DNA of 64,000 bases from Candidatus Latescibacterota bacterium. GTDB lineage: Bacteria > Latescibacterota > UBA2968 > UBA8231. Where the stretch lies: positions 2,720,001-2,784,000 of the forward strand of contig OZ241889.1 in assembly GCA_965203355.1 (NCBI GenBank), in the 5' to 3' direction. The notes below the pieces were generated by a model, which worked only from the letters and a program-made list of their open reading frames with translations, had not been told where the DNA came from and ran no database searches. Position 1 is the stretch's first letter; every line of letters begins with the position of its first letter. The position numbers and the translations under genes are program-made. Below are positions 50,824 to 61,161 of this stretch, one piece after another.

Positions 50824-52875
50824 GTGATGAATGCCATTCGACGAGAGTGGGCCATTATTTGGGGCGTGGCCCTGTTGTGGCTCTTGGTCTTTGCGGCCTC
50901 CATGCTCTACCACACGGGTGGCCGCTTGGCCCTGCCGCTGGACGATTCCTTCATCTATTTCCAATACGCGCGGCAAGCGGCCCAAGGGCACTTCCTCGAA
51001 TACAATACCGGTGCTGAGCCAACAGCCGGCGCGACTAGTCTGCTGTACACCTTGCTGCTGGTGCCGGGCTTTTGGCTGGGGCTGGATGGGATGGGGATTG
51101 CGCTGTACGCGTTGGCATTGGGGGCTGTGTGGCTTGGGTTGAGCGCTTGGTTGCTCCTGTTGCTGGGCCGCAAATTGAGTGGTTCTTTCAGCGGCTGGCT
51201 GGCCGCGTTGATGTTTCTGTTGTGCGGTCCGCTGCTGTGGGGCTACTACAGTGGCATGGCGATCGGCTTGTTTGCCTGCGCCATCTTACTGACCTTGCAT
51301 CTGTACCTAGCAGAAGACCGGCGCACTCCACTGGCGGCGGTCCTGTTGGTGTTGGCCCGGCCTGAGGGGATCGCCTTGGTCTTGTTCTTGCTGCTAATAG
51401 TTGCCTATCGCCGAGCGTGGCATTGGCCGTGGGGGATGCCTTTGGGGGCATACGTGCTACAAGCCCTGCTGTTGGCTTGGTGTACGGGAGAGGCTGGGGC
51501 GTCTGGGGTCGAGGCCAAATGGCGTTTTGCCGAACCGTACGGCTCGTTGCCCGAGCAGATCCGAGCCGTCTTTTTCGACTTCGCCGAATTTGTCAAAGGG
51601 ATCCTCACCGGGTCATTGGGCCATCAGACCAGCGTCAATTTATACGCGTACGACGGCAATTACCGCCGCATGGTGTTTGCTCCGTTTGTCGCGCTCTTTG
51701 TTTTGGCGGAGCTAAGCTATCGGCTCTGGGACGAGCTATCCGAGAGGCGGTTTGGGATGGCGGCGTTGGGGGGAACCTGGTTGATCGGAGGCGTTCTCCT
51801 AACCTGTACCCTCGTCGAATACGACGCCCATTTCAATCGCTATCAGCAGCCCTTTCTGCCGCTCTATATTCTCTTTGCGGCCTTGGGCTTGGGGCGATTG
51901 GCCGCAGCCGGGGGGGAATGGGGTAGCAAGTTGGCGCGGGGATTAGCTTGCTTTTTCGGCTTGTGGGGGTTGATGTCGGTGGGGTTTTTCGCGGTTGCGT
52001 ACGGGGAAAATTGCAGCGATATCCGCAACCAGCAGGTCGAGATGGCGCGCTTTATAGACGCTGAATTGCCGCCTGACGCGCGCGTTGCCGTCAACGACGC
52101 TGGCGCCCTGCGCTACTTCAGCCGCCGCCAAACTATCGACTTAGTTGGGTTGACCTCGGCCGGGAACAGCGCACCTTGGCGGCACGGGAGCGGGTCGCTA
52201 TTTGAACGGCTGGAAGCTATGCCACCGGACCAGCGGCCGCAGTACTTCGCGATTTTCCCCAATTGGTTTAATTTTCCCGAGGGCCTCTTTTTACAGCCGC
52301 TGCATCGCATCCGCGTCTTTGAGCCGTCGATTATAGACGCGGAGAAGGTGTTGTATCAGGCGCGTTGGGCCGCAGACCTCAGCGGTGAAGCCATACGCAA
52401 TCGGACGTTGTTAGCAGAGAACTGGCGGGTGGTTGACAAAGTGGATGTGGCCGATTTGGCAAGTGAACGTCGGCACGGCTACCAATCTAAAGTGTGGGTG
52501 CCCGGCAGCGGGGAGGCGAATCTGTTGATGGCACTGAGCGCGACCGACGATCCCCAAGCCGTGTACATCGACGGGGGGCGGACGGTAACGGGAGGGGAGC
52601 GGATGGAAGTGGTGCTGAACGCTGGGCGACCGGCGACGGTCATCATGCGCACGGTTACGGGCATTGCTCAGCGCTTTGCGGTGATCGCGAATGGAAAGAA
52701 AATTGCCAACGTGGAACTGCCGGGGGGGCCGGGCCGCCAGTGGCTCGAACTGGCCGTCGGCCAGATACCGGCTTCGGCGGTGAGCAGCCGCGTCGAGATT
52801 GAGACGCAGCCGATCCACTTTGGCGGCGATTGGCGGCCGATTGTTTCGTTTCACTATTGGATTTTGCAGCAATAG
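50824..52875 (+). CDS. Polytopic GT-C fold glycosyltransferase-like protein
   Basis: LDDSFIYFQYAR acidic motif after TM1, GATSLLY, LARPEG, RY, DAGAL…IDLVGL; many TM segments. Confidence 0.7.
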   Translation: MMNAIRREWAIIWGVALLWLLVFAASMLYHTGGRLALPLDDSFIYFQYARQAAQGHFLEYNTGAEPTAGATSLLYTLLLVPGFWLGLDGMGIALYALALGAVWLGLSAWLLLLLGRKLSGSFSGWLAALMFLLCGPLLWGYYSGMAIGLFACAILLTLHLYLAEDRRTPLAAVLLVLARPEGIALVLFLLLIVAYRRAWHWPWGMPLGAYVLQALLLAWCTGEAGASGVEAKWRFAEPYGSLPEQIRAVFFDFAEFVKGILTGSLGHQTSVNLYAYDGNYRRMVFAPFVALFVLAELSYRLWDELSERRFGMAALGGTWLIGGVLLTCTLVEYDAHFNRYQQPFLPLYILFAALGLGRLAAAGGEWGSKLARGLACFFGLWGLMSVGFFAVAYGENCSDIRNQQVEMARFIDAELPPDARVAVNDAGALRYFSRRQTIDLVGLTSAGNSAPWRHGSGSLFERLEAMPPDQRPQYFAIFPNWFNFPEGLFLQPLHRIRVFEPSIIDAEKVLYQARWAADLSGEAIRNRTLLAENWRVVDKVDVADLASERRHGYQSKVWVPGSGEANLLMALSATDDPQAVYIDGGRTVTGGERMEVVLNAGRPATVIMRTVTGIAQRFAVIANGKKIANVELPGGPGRQWLELAVGQIPASAVSSRVEIETQPIHFGGDWRPIVSFHYWILQQ

Positions 52876-52971
52876 CAGTGCGAAACAAGGCCCTAGCTTG
52901 AGGCCACATAGCGGCCAAGTCAAGGGAGCGGGTACCATGTCAGGGCCGGGGATTCCGGCTATATTGATAGT

Positions 52972-54912
52972 ATGCAGACTATAGGTGTCGGCTCGGTGCA
53001 GCTAAGGCGAGAAGAAGCCATCCTCTGGGCTATTCTAATCGCGGCTCTCGGTGTGCGCTTAGCTTATCTCTACCAAGCGGTTGATACGCCGCTGTTCGAC
53101 GTCCTCCTGATCGACTCTGAGTTTTACGACCGCCGTGCCCGCGCCATTGGCGCCGGTGATTGGCTGGGCGACCGTCCGTTCTTTATGAACCCGTTTTACC
53201 CCTACTTTTTGGCCGCCATTTACGCGCTGTTGGGTGCTGAATACGGGTGGGTTGGCTTGGTGCAGGCGGTGCTGGGGACGGGTAGCTGCTATTTGACCTA
53301 CGCGCTGGGCCGGAAATTGTGGCGGCCGGAAATTGGCCTGTTGGCCGCGGGCTTGGCGGCGATTTACCAGCCGTATGTGTTCTACGACGGGGCACTGCTG
53401 ACCGCCGCGCCCATCACCTTTTTGAATCTCGCGGCTTTGTATTGCTTGGCACACGCGCAAGGTGCAGCGCGTTGGCTGCTGGGCGCGGGCCTGCTGTTGG
53501 GGCTTTCGGCTACGGCGCGGCCCATGGTCTTGCTATTTGTCGCGGCAGTCGCGGGCTGGTTTGTCGCGCAGGGAGGATGGCGCGGTTGGCGGCAGTGGGG
53601 GTTGGTGGTCGCGGGCTGCGGCCTCGTGGTAGGCACCGTGGCTTGCCGCAACTATCTCGTCGGGGGTGAGTGGTTGCTGACCACGTCCTCAGCCGGCATG
53701 AACTTCTACGTGGGGAACCATCCCGAGGCCAACGGTATCTACGCACAAGTCGACTTCTTGCCCAGTGCCGAGCCGGATTTGGAGCGCGAGGCGTTTATCC
53801 GCGAAGCCGAGGTACGCACGGGCGAGGAACTGACCCCGGCGCAGGCCTCTAGATACTGGCTGGTGGCCGGCTTGCGCTTTGCCGTAGAAAACCCCCTCGC
53901 GTATCTGGCGTTGCAAGGCCGCAAACTCTACATGTTCTGGAACGGAGTCGAGGCGCAAAACAACTTGAGTTTGTACTTGGCGCGGGATTTTGTGCCCCTG
54001 TTGCGCTGGTGCGTTTTGGGGTGGGGATTGGTGGCTCCGTTGGCGGTAGCAGGTTGGGGCACTAGTCGTCGCTCGGGGCTGCTGGACCTGTATGTGGCAA
54101 GCTATCTGGCCGCGTGTCTGCTGTTTTTCACGTCCTCGGAATATCGCTTGCCCGTCGTGCCAGTGATTTTGCTTTACGCCGCTTGTTGGATTGCCAACGC
54201 GGCGGCTTGGACGACGGACCGGGCGCATCGTCGGCTGATGGGGTCGTGTTTGTTGGTGGCCTTAGTCGCGCTGCCGATCAACTACCGGGACGCCGGGGCC
54301 GAGCGGCTGACCCGCAAGCGCGTTGATTACTACAATTTCGGAACGTTGTACCAACGCCGAGGAGCTTGGGCATCGGCTGAGAACATGTTCCGCCAAGCAC
54401 TGCGCATTGATCCGTCGTTTGCGCCCGCCGCCTCTGGTCTGGCGGCTGTGTTGGCGCAGCAAGAAGGCGGTGATTTAGATGTCCAACGCGGATTAGACTA
54501 CTTCGGCGCGGGAGAGTACGAGGCGGCGATTGCAGCCTTTAGCCGGGCCCAGCCCTCACCCGGCTTGTACAACAATCTCGGCCTGTGCTACTATCGCCTC
54601 GGTCAATGGAGCGCGGCGGCCGCGTATTTCCACCAGGCTCTCGCACTCGACCCTGGCTATGCCCGGGCGCATTTCAATCTCGGCTTGGTCCGGGTCAAGC
54701 AGGGGGATGACCAAGCCGCGGCCGATGATTTTGCCCGGGCCCTCGCACTCGACCCGGACCACGCCCAAGCGCACTATCGGCGCGGGGAAGTGCTGTTGCG
54801 CTTAGGGGCGCCCGGCGCAGCAGCAGCCCACTGGGCATTTTTGCGTACGCGCAGCCCCGACGACGCGCACTTACAGGCGAAAATCGATTCCATGACGCAG
54901 GCTAACCTTTGA
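52972..54912 (+). CDS. GT-C (GT39/PMT-like) glycosyltransferase with C-terminal TPR repeats
   Basis: IDSEFY, PFYPYFLA, ARP, NFYVGNHP, EYRLP; C-terminal TPRs (YNNLGLCYY…ALALDP). Confidence 0.8.
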   Translation: MQTIGVGSVQLRREEAILWAILIAALGVRLAYLYQAVDTPLFDVLLIDSEFYDRRARAIGAGDWLGDRPFFMNPFYPYFLAAIYALLGAEYGWVGLVQAVLGTGSCYLTYALGRKLWRPEIGLLAAGLAAIYQPYVFYDGALLTAAPITFLNLAALYCLAHAQGAARWLLGAGLLLGLSATARPMVLLFVAAVAGWFVAQGGWRGWRQWGLVVAGCGLVVGTVACRNYLVGGEWLLTTSSAGMNFYVGNHPEANGIYAQVDFLPSAEPDLEREAFIREAEVRTGEELTPAQASRYWLVAGLRFAVENPLAYLALQGRKLYMFWNGVEAQNNLSLYLARDFVPLLRWCVLGWGLVAPLAVAGWGTSRRSGLLDLYVASYLAACLLFFTSSEYRLPVVPVILLYAACWIANAAAWTTDRAHRRLMGSCLLVALVALPINYRDAGAERLTRKRVDYYNFGTLYQRRGAWASAENMFRQALRIDPSFAPAASGLAAVLAQQEGGDLDVQRGLDYFGAGEYEAAIAAFSRAQPSPGLYNNLGLCYYRLGQWSAAAAYFHQALALDPGYARAHFNLGLVRVKQGDDQAAADDFARALALDPDHAQAHYRRGEVLLRLGAPGAAAAHWAFLRTRSPDDAHLQAKIDSMTQANL

Positions 54913-57026
54913 AAGCTAGGCTCTGCGTACGCGGTGCTCAGGCCGGCGGTCTGGCCCATGTCGATATGGACTTGCCGTTGGGCCGGATTGTTTGCTTTAC
55001 CGGCCGCAGTAGCAGCGGCCGCCGCGCTATGGCCTTAGACATCCTGTACGCGGAGAGCCGGCGGCGCTACATGCAGGCTTTGTCCCCGACCGAACGCGAA
55101 AGCGTCAGCGGGACAGTACGCGCCGATGTGGAAGAAATTTCAGGCCTGCCGCCGGCCATTTACTTAGGAGCACCGCGCCGTGGGCGCACGGTCGGAGACT
55201 ACTTGCAGCTAGACGGAATGTTGGCGCAGATCATGCTGGAAGAGGGGCAGATGCACTGCCTCGAATGCGGCGGTCGCTGTCGCAGCTATGCGGCCGATGA
55301 GGTCGAGCGCGCAGTCGCCCGCGTCCATACAGACACCCGCTGTTTGGTGCTGGCCCCGTTGGCTTTGCGGAACGAGGGTATGTGGCAACAACTGGTGCGG
55401 GCCGGGTTTACGCGGGTTGTAATCAACGGCCAGATCCGGCGGTTGGAAGGCGATGACCCGGCCCTACCGAGCGATGGAAGCGAAGTACACGTCGTGGTGG
55501 ATCGCTTAGTGCCAGACCCCAATGCCAGCGTGCGCTTCTTGGAAGCCGTGCGCGTGAGCCGCTCTATTTCCTCCGGGCAGACGGTGATTTTGGTGGATGG
55601 GACCAGCGGGATGATGCACTTGAACCAGCAGCCTACTTGCGGCGAATGTGGCCGTCAGTACGAGCCGCTAATCGCGGCTGACTTGGGCGCCGGCCAGCCC
55701 TGGGCCGCTCAGGTGACCTTAAACGGTCGCACCATGAACGAACTGATGGACGCTCCCCTCGGCTCGTTGCGCGATTGGCTGGACGCGGCTCAGGGGTACG
55801 CCAAAGTAGAGCCTGCGCTCGCCGAGGTCTGCGGCTTGGGGTTGGGGCACTTGCCGTTGGGCCGTCGGCTTGAATCGCTGGGGGCTGGCGAGTGGCAGCG
55901 ACTGCAACTGGCGTCCTGTCTCAGCAGCGGCCTGACGGGCATCCTCTACATTTTAGAAGGGTTGGGGAGCCAGTTGGCCGGGGAGATGCTGGCTGTGGTC
56001 GCCGCGGGGCTGCGTCGGCTGGTTGCTGGCGGCAATACGGCGCTGTTGTTGGATCACACGCCTGAACTCGTGGCCGTTGCGGACGAAGTCTGGACTTTTG
56101 CTGAAGGGCACGTGCAGGCAGGAGAAGCGCCGGAGGTAGAGCGGGATGGAGCGGCTGAAAAACGGGCCACCGAGCAGGCTAAGCCGATGTTAGCCATTCG
56201 CGGGGAGGGGGTGGTCGGGCCGCTTGCCATTGAACTGCCGCACGGGAATCTGACCTGCGTATGTGGGCCTTCCGGTAGCGGCAAAACCCGCTTACTACAC
56301 GAGGTCTTGCTGCCGCTGCTCAAGGGGCGGTCCGTCCAATACGCCGCTGTGGGTATGCCGAGGAACAGCCGAGTTGTAACGGTGGAAACCCCAAGCGGCA
56401 AGGCTACGGTTTTGGCGGGGTTGGGCCTTTTCGCCCGCGTCGCCGACTTGTATGCCGCGTCGCCCGCCGCCGTCGCGTGCGGTTGGGGCCGGGAGGCGTT
56501 CTTGTTGGACCGGCCAGGGGGCCGTTGTCCTCGCTGCGAGGGCCGCGGCCAATGCTATTTCGATTTGGAGTTTCTGGAGGATATCGCGCTGGTGTGCGCC
56601 GCTTGCGAAGGGCGCAGGTACCGAGACGAGATCTGCGAGGTGACCCTGCGCGGCGCGAGCATCGCCGATGTGTTGGGCATGACCTTGGAACAGGCTTGTG
56701 CCCACTTTGCCCGGCTCGAGCCAATTCGCCCGCGTCTGGAGGCCGCTGTCTGCTGCGGCCTCGGCTACCTTCTTTTAGGGCAGGAGGTGCAAGGGCTGGA
56801 GTGGGGGGAGTGGCTGCGGTTGCGGTTGGCACTCGAATCGACGCGGGCTTCCCAGCGCACCTGGGTGCTAGTGGACGACCCAGCCAGCGGCGATCATCCA
56901 GAAGATGTACGCGCCATGGTTGGGGTCTTGCGGGAGTTGGTGGATCGGGGGGGCACGGTCGTCGTCGCCGACCAGCATCCGATGGTGTGCGCCGCCGCGG
57001 ATTGGGTGGTGGATTTGGCGCGGTAA
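54909..57026 (+). CDS. Degenerate, shortened UvrA paralogue
   Basis: UvrA landmarks LYAESRRRYMQALS, ISGLPPAI, VVVDRL, GGRCPRCEGRG…CAACEGRRY, GLGYLLLGQ and ADWVVDL, but the ATPase motifs are altered. Confidence 0.8.
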   Translation: MKARLCVRGAQAGGLAHVDMDLPLGRIVCFTGRSSSGRRAMALDILYAESRRRYMQALSPTERESVSGTVRADVEEISGLPPAIYLGAPRRGRTVGDYLQLDGMLAQIMLEEGQMHCLECGGRCRSYAADEVERAVARVHTDTRCLVLAPLALRNEGMWQQLVRAGFTRVVINGQIRRLEGDDPALPSDGSEVHVVVDRLVPDPNASVRFLEAVRVSRSISSGQTVILVDGTSGMMHLNQQPTCGECGRQYEPLIAADLGAGQPWAAQVTLNGRTMNELMDAPLGSLRDWLDAAQGYAKVEPALAEVCGLGLGHLPLGRRLESLGAGEWQRLQLASCLSSGLTGILYILEGLGSQLAGEMLAVVAAGLRRLVAGGNTALLLDHTPELVAVADEVWTFAEGHVQAGEAPEVERDGAAEKRATEQAKPMLAIRGEGVVGPLAIELPHGNLTCVCGPSGSGKTRLLHEVLLPLLKGRSVQYAAVGMPRNSRVVTVETPSGKATVLAGLGLFARVADLYAASPAAVACGWGREAFLLDRPGGRCPRCEGRGQCYFDLEFLEDIALVCAACEGRRYRDEICEVTLRGASIADVLGMTLEQACAHFARLEPIRPRLEAAVCCGLGYLLLGQEVQGLEWGEWLRLRLALESTRASQRTWVLVDDPASGDHPEDVRAMVGVLRELVDRGGTVVVADQHPMVCAAADWVVDLAR

Positions 57027-57156
57027 GGATCGCAATCTCGTTGCGACATATTACCTTGCGGGATATATCACTCCTATTTAATTTAATCTTGCTATAGATA
57101 ATTGAGTAAACGAGGTGAAGAGTGCGGTATCTAGGCCCCGAGAAAGGGGCTTTTTA

Positions 57157-57624
57157 ATGAAGGTCGTCGAGAAGTTACAAGAAGAGGCCATCGTCCATTT
57201 AGACTTGGACGGATATGCCCGGTGCGCGCCGCAGGAGTTGGTGCTTGATGTGCTCAAGAAAATGCGCCACCAGCGCGTCAGTGCCGTGCTAGTGGAAGAG
57301 GATGGCCGCTTGGCGGGGATCTTTACTGAGCGCGATGTGCTCACCAAGGTAACGGATCAACCCGCGACGTGGATGCGGCCCGTGGCCGAATTGATGACCT
57401 GCGCTCCGCATAGTTTGGATGCCCAGCAGCCGATTAGCAGTGCCCTGCGGCTGATGAATGCTGGCGACTACCGCAATGTGCCGATCGTAGATGAAAACGG
57501 CCGCATAAAGGGCAATTTGTCCCAGCACGAGGTCATCCGCTTTCTCACCGATCAATTCCCCGAAGACATCTACAATTTGCCACCGGACCCCGAGCGCATC
57601 GCTCGCACCAAAGAGGGCGCTTGA
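57157..57624 (+). CDS. CBS domain pair protein
   Basis: LAGIFTERDVL, VAELMT, YRNVPIVD. Confidence 0.9.
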   Translation: MKVVEKLQEEAIVHLDLDGYARCAPQELVLDVLKKMRHQRVSAVLVEEDGRLAGIFTERDVLTKVTDQPATWMRPVAELMTCAPHSLDAQQPISSALRLMNAGDYRNVPIVDENGRIKGNLSQHEVIRFLTDQFPEDIYNLPPDPERIARTKEGA

Positions 57625-57672
57625 GCATGCGTTGCGGGTTGCGCTTTTTTTCTTTTTAAGGAGGTCGTGTGC

Positions 57673-59547
57673 ATGGCCGAAATCGGGGCCCCAGCGGCGC
57701 CTAGGATTAGGCGAGAATACTCGCAAGAAGAACGCCAAGCCGTCGTTATCGCATTTTCCGGCGATTCGGGCGATGGAATGCAGCTAACCGGCGGTCAGTT
57801 TACCAATACTTCGGCTGTGATGGGCAACGACGTCAGTACCTTTCCCGACATTCCCGCTGAAATCCGCGCCCCAGCCGGGACGATCCCCGGGCTGAGCGGC
57901 TATCAGGTCAACTTTGCCGCTAACGATCTCTACACGGCGGGCGATTCGCCCCAGGTGCTGGTGGCGATGAATCCGGCTGCGCTCAAAGCCAACTTGCCCG
58001 ATCTCGATCCGGGCGGGACCATAATCGTCAATACCGATCCGTTCAACCGCCATGGTCTGCGCAAAGCTGGATACGAGAAAAACCCGCTCGAAGACGGCAG
58101 CCTCAGCGGCTACGATGTGCATAGGGTCCCTTTGACGACCCTGACCCGCAATGCCCTCGCCGATATCGAGGGCATGAGCAACCAAGCGAAGGACATGTGC
58201 AAGAATGCCTTTGTCTTGGGCTTGGTATTCTGGATGTTCGACCGCCCGCTCGACTACACGCTCAAGTTCTACCAGACCAAATTCGCCGGTCGGCCCGAAG
58301 TGGTTGAGGCCAATACGAGGGCCTTGAAAGCGGGCTACTACTACGGCGAAACGGCTGAAACCTTTCAGACCCAGATCTCGGTGCCAAAGCGAGAGATTGT
58401 CGAACCGGGAGTGTACAAGCGGATCACCGGCAATGAGGCGCTCGTCTTGGGGCTGGTCACGGCCGCGCAAAAGGCCAGCAAACCGCTCTTTTACGGCTCG
58501 TATCCCATCACACCGGCCAGCACCATTCTAGAGGGCTTGGCCGCGCTGAAGAATTTCGACGTGCGCACGTTCCAAGCCGAGGACGAAATCGCGGCCATGG
58601 GGTCGGTGATTGGCGCGTCTTTTGCCGGTAGCCTCGCCGCTACGGCCAGCAGCGGCCCGGGGATCGCACTCAAGAGCGAGGCGATCAACTTAGCCGTAGT
58701 TATGGAACTGCCGCTGGTAATAGTTGACGTCCAGCGCGGCGGCCCCAGCACGGGCTTGCCGACCAAGACCGAGCAGGCCGATTTGCTGGAGGTGCTCTAC
58801 GGGCGCAACGGCGAAAGCCCGATCCCAGTCCTGGCCGCGGCCACCCCGGGCGAATGCTTCGACATGGCCATAGCAGCCTTCCGCATTGCCGTTCGCTATA
58901 TGACGCCGGTTTTTCTCCTATCCGATGGGTACGTGGCCAATAATTCCGAGCCGTGGAAAATCCCGGACCCGGATTTAATCGCCGCCATTGATGCCGAGCC
59001 GTACACCGATCCCGAAGGCTACCAACCTTACATGCGCGATCCGCAGACCTTGGCCCGTCCTTGGGTCGTGCCGGGGACGCCGGGGATGGAGCATCGGATC
59101 GGCGGTTTGGGCAAGCAGGATGTGACGGGCAATGTCTCCTACGCGCCCCAAGACCACGAGCGCATCGTCCGCGTCCGGGCCGACAAAATCCGCGGAGTGG
59201 CCGATTTTATTCCCGAGCTGGAAGTGACCGGCCCCGACCAAGGAGACCTGCTGGTCTTGGGCTGGGGGGGGACTTACGGGGCCATTCGCGCCGCCGTTGA
59301 GCAGGTTCAAGACGCGGGCTTCGAAGTAGCCTACGCGCACCTGCGCTACTTGAATCCGTTTCCGCGCAATCTTGGCAACGTACTCGGCCGCTACAGGCAA
59401 GTGTTGGTGCCCGAGCTAAATCTCGGCCAATTGGCCTTGTTGCTTCAAGCGCACTTTCCCGTGCGCGTCGTCAAGCTGAACAAGGTCCAAGGGTGCCCCT
59501 TCCAAATTCGGGAAGTGGCCGACAAAATTCGCCAAGTGCTAAGCTGA
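57673..59547 (+). CDS. korA: 2-oxoacid:ferredoxin oxidoreductase alpha subunit
   Basis: GDSGDGMQLTG, YPITPAS, QAEDEIAA, DVQRGGPSTGLPTK, EHRIGG. Confidence 0.93.
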   Translation: MAEIGAPAAPRIRREYSQEERQAVVIAFSGDSGDGMQLTGGQFTNTSAVMGNDVSTFPDIPAEIRAPAGTIPGLSGYQVNFAANDLYTAGDSPQVLVAMNPAALKANLPDLDPGGTIIVNTDPFNRHGLRKAGYEKNPLEDGSLSGYDVHRVPLTTLTRNALADIEGMSNQAKDMCKNAFVLGLVFWMFDRPLDYTLKFYQTKFAGRPEVVEANTRALKAGYYYGETAETFQTQISVPKREIVEPGVYKRITGNEALVLGLVTAAQKASKPLFYGSYPITPASTILEGLAALKNFDVRTFQAEDEIAAMGSVIGASFAGSLAATASSGPGIALKSEAINLAVVMELPLVIVDVQRGGPSTGLPTKTEQADLLEVLYGRNGESPIPVLAAATPGECFDMAIAAFRIAVRYMTPVFLLSDGYVANNSEPWKIPDPDLIAAIDAEPYTDPEGYQPYMRDPQTLARPWVVPGTPGMEHRIGGLGKQDVTGNVSYAPQDHERIVRVRADKIRGVADFIPELEVTGPDQGDLLVLGWGGTYGAIRAAVEQVQDAGFEVAYAHLRYLNPFPRNLGNVLGRYRQVLVPELNLGQLALLLQAHFPVRVVKLNKVQGCPFQIREVADKIRQVLS

Positions 59548-59561
59548 ACAGGGAGATTGAG

Positions 59562-60581
59562 ATGGCCGAAGCAGTTGTAGAAACTGGGCTGAGCCGCAAG
59601 GATTTCGTTTCCGACCAAGAGGTCCGCTGGTGCCCCGGGTGCGGCGACTACGCGATCTTGGCCCAAATGCAAAAGATGCTGCCCGAAGTGGGGATCCCGC
59701 GGGAGAACCTCGTATTCGTCTCTGGAATCGGCTGTTCTAGTCGCTTCCCCTATTACATGAATACATACGGCATTCACTCGATCCACGGGCGGGCGCCCAC
59801 AATCGCCACGGGCATCAAGACGGCCAACCCGGATTTGAGCGTCTGGGTCATAACCGGCGATGGCGATGGACTCTCGATCGGCGGGAATCACCTCCTGCAC
59901 AGCCTCCGGCGCAATGTCGATCTAAAAATCATTCTGTTCAACAACCGCATCTATGGGCTTACTAAAGGTCAGTACTCGCCGACCTCGCTGCTAGGGCACC
60001 GCACTACGTCCACGCCTATGGGGTCGATCGACTATCCGCTTAATCCCATCTCGGTGGCACTGAGTGCCGAAGCCACCTTTGTCGCCCGCTCGCAGGACAC
60101 CAATACCAAGCACCTGAGCTACGTGCTCAGACGAGCGGCCGAGCACAAGGGAGCCGCTTTTGTTGAGATCTACCAGAACTGCGTTGTGCTCAATCCCACG
60201 GCTTGGGAACACACCACAAGTTCGGACGTGCGCGACGACAATATCGTGTTCCTAGAAGAGGGGCAGCCCCTCATCTTTGGCAAGGAGCGGGACCGAGGCA
60301 TCCGCATGAACGGTACCGAGCCTGAGATCGTCGCACTCAGCGACGTGGCCCCAGACGAGCTGGTCGTGCATCGCGAAGGGCGCGAAAATGCCAGCTATGC
60401 CTATATGCTCAGCCGAATGGAATACCCGTCGCTGCCATTGCCCTTTGGCGTGCTGCACGCCCTCGACCGGCCCACCTACACTGCGTTGCTATTCGACCAA
60501 ATCGACGCGATGACCCAACAACGGGGCACCGGCGACCTCGCGGCTCTGTTTAGTTCGGGTGATACCTGGGTCGTCGAATAG
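59562..60581 (+). CDS. korB: 2-oxoacid:ferredoxin oxidoreductase beta subunit
   Basis: WCPGCGD, SGIGCSSR, GDGDGLSIGGNH, YGLTKGQYSPT. Confidence 0.93.
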   Translation: MAEAVVETGLSRKDFVSDQEVRWCPGCGDYAILAQMQKMLPEVGIPRENLVFVSGIGCSSRFPYYMNTYGIHSIHGRAPTIATGIKTANPDLSVWVITGDGDGLSIGGNHLLHSLRRNVDLKIILFNNRIYGLTKGQYSPTSLLGHRTTSTPMGSIDYPLNPISVALSAEATFVARSQDTNTKHLSYVLRRAAEHKGAAFVEIYQNCVVLNPTAWEHTTSSDVRDDNIVFLEEGQPLIFGKERDRGIRMNGTEPEIVALSDVAPDELVVHREGRENASYAYMLSRMEYPSLPLPFGVLHALDRPTYTALLFDQIDAMTQQRGTGDLAALFSSGDTWVVE

Positions 60582-60592
60582 GAGAAGAGCCA

Positions 60593-61111
60593 TTGATTTG
60601 TCCTTCGTGTTCGCACGACAATATCTCAGGAGTTGATCTCTGCGGAGAGTGCGGCCAGAGCCTGAGCGAAGCGTACCAAAATTGGGGGAGCGAGGAGTAC
60701 AAGGAAATTTTCACCGCGCCGCTTTCCGCGCTCAATTCGCAGGAGATGGTCTGCGTGTCGCCGACTACTTCGTTGGCCAAGGTCATCTCATTGCTCAAGG
60801 ATCGGCACGTCGGTTGCGTGTTAATAACCAGTGAGGACGGGCAGCTAATTGGCATATTTACCGAGCGCGACATCCTCTACCGGGTGGCGGGTTTGATCCG
60901 CAATCTGGAACAGATCGCGGTCGAGAGCCTGATGACCCCGCGGCCTACCGCGCTCAAGGCGGATGCGGCCGTACAGCACGCGCTGCATTTGATGAGTATC
61001 CACGGCTTTCGCCATGTGCCGCTGTTGGACGATGACGACCGCCCGGTTGGCTTGGTCTCGTTTCGGTACATCGTTCGTTTTATCGAAGAGAACTTTTTCT
61101 CCACAGCTTGA
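60593..61111 (+). CDS. Zinc-ribbon + CBS domain pair protein
   Basis: CPSC…CGEC N-terminus; LIGIFTERDIL, FRHVPL. Confidence 0.88.
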   Translation: MICPSCSHDNISGVDLCGECGQSLSEAYQNWGSEEYKEIFTAPLSALNSQEMVCVSPTTSLAKVISLLKDRHVGCVLITSEDGQLIGIFTERDILYRVAGLIRNLEQIAVESLMTPRPTALKADAAVQHALHLMSIHGFRHVPLLDDDDRPVGLVSFRYIVRFIEENFFSTA

Positions 61112-61161
61112 GCGAGTCAGCCGCTAGGCTGGCTTCAGTTTTCTTGAAAGGTGGTTGTACT

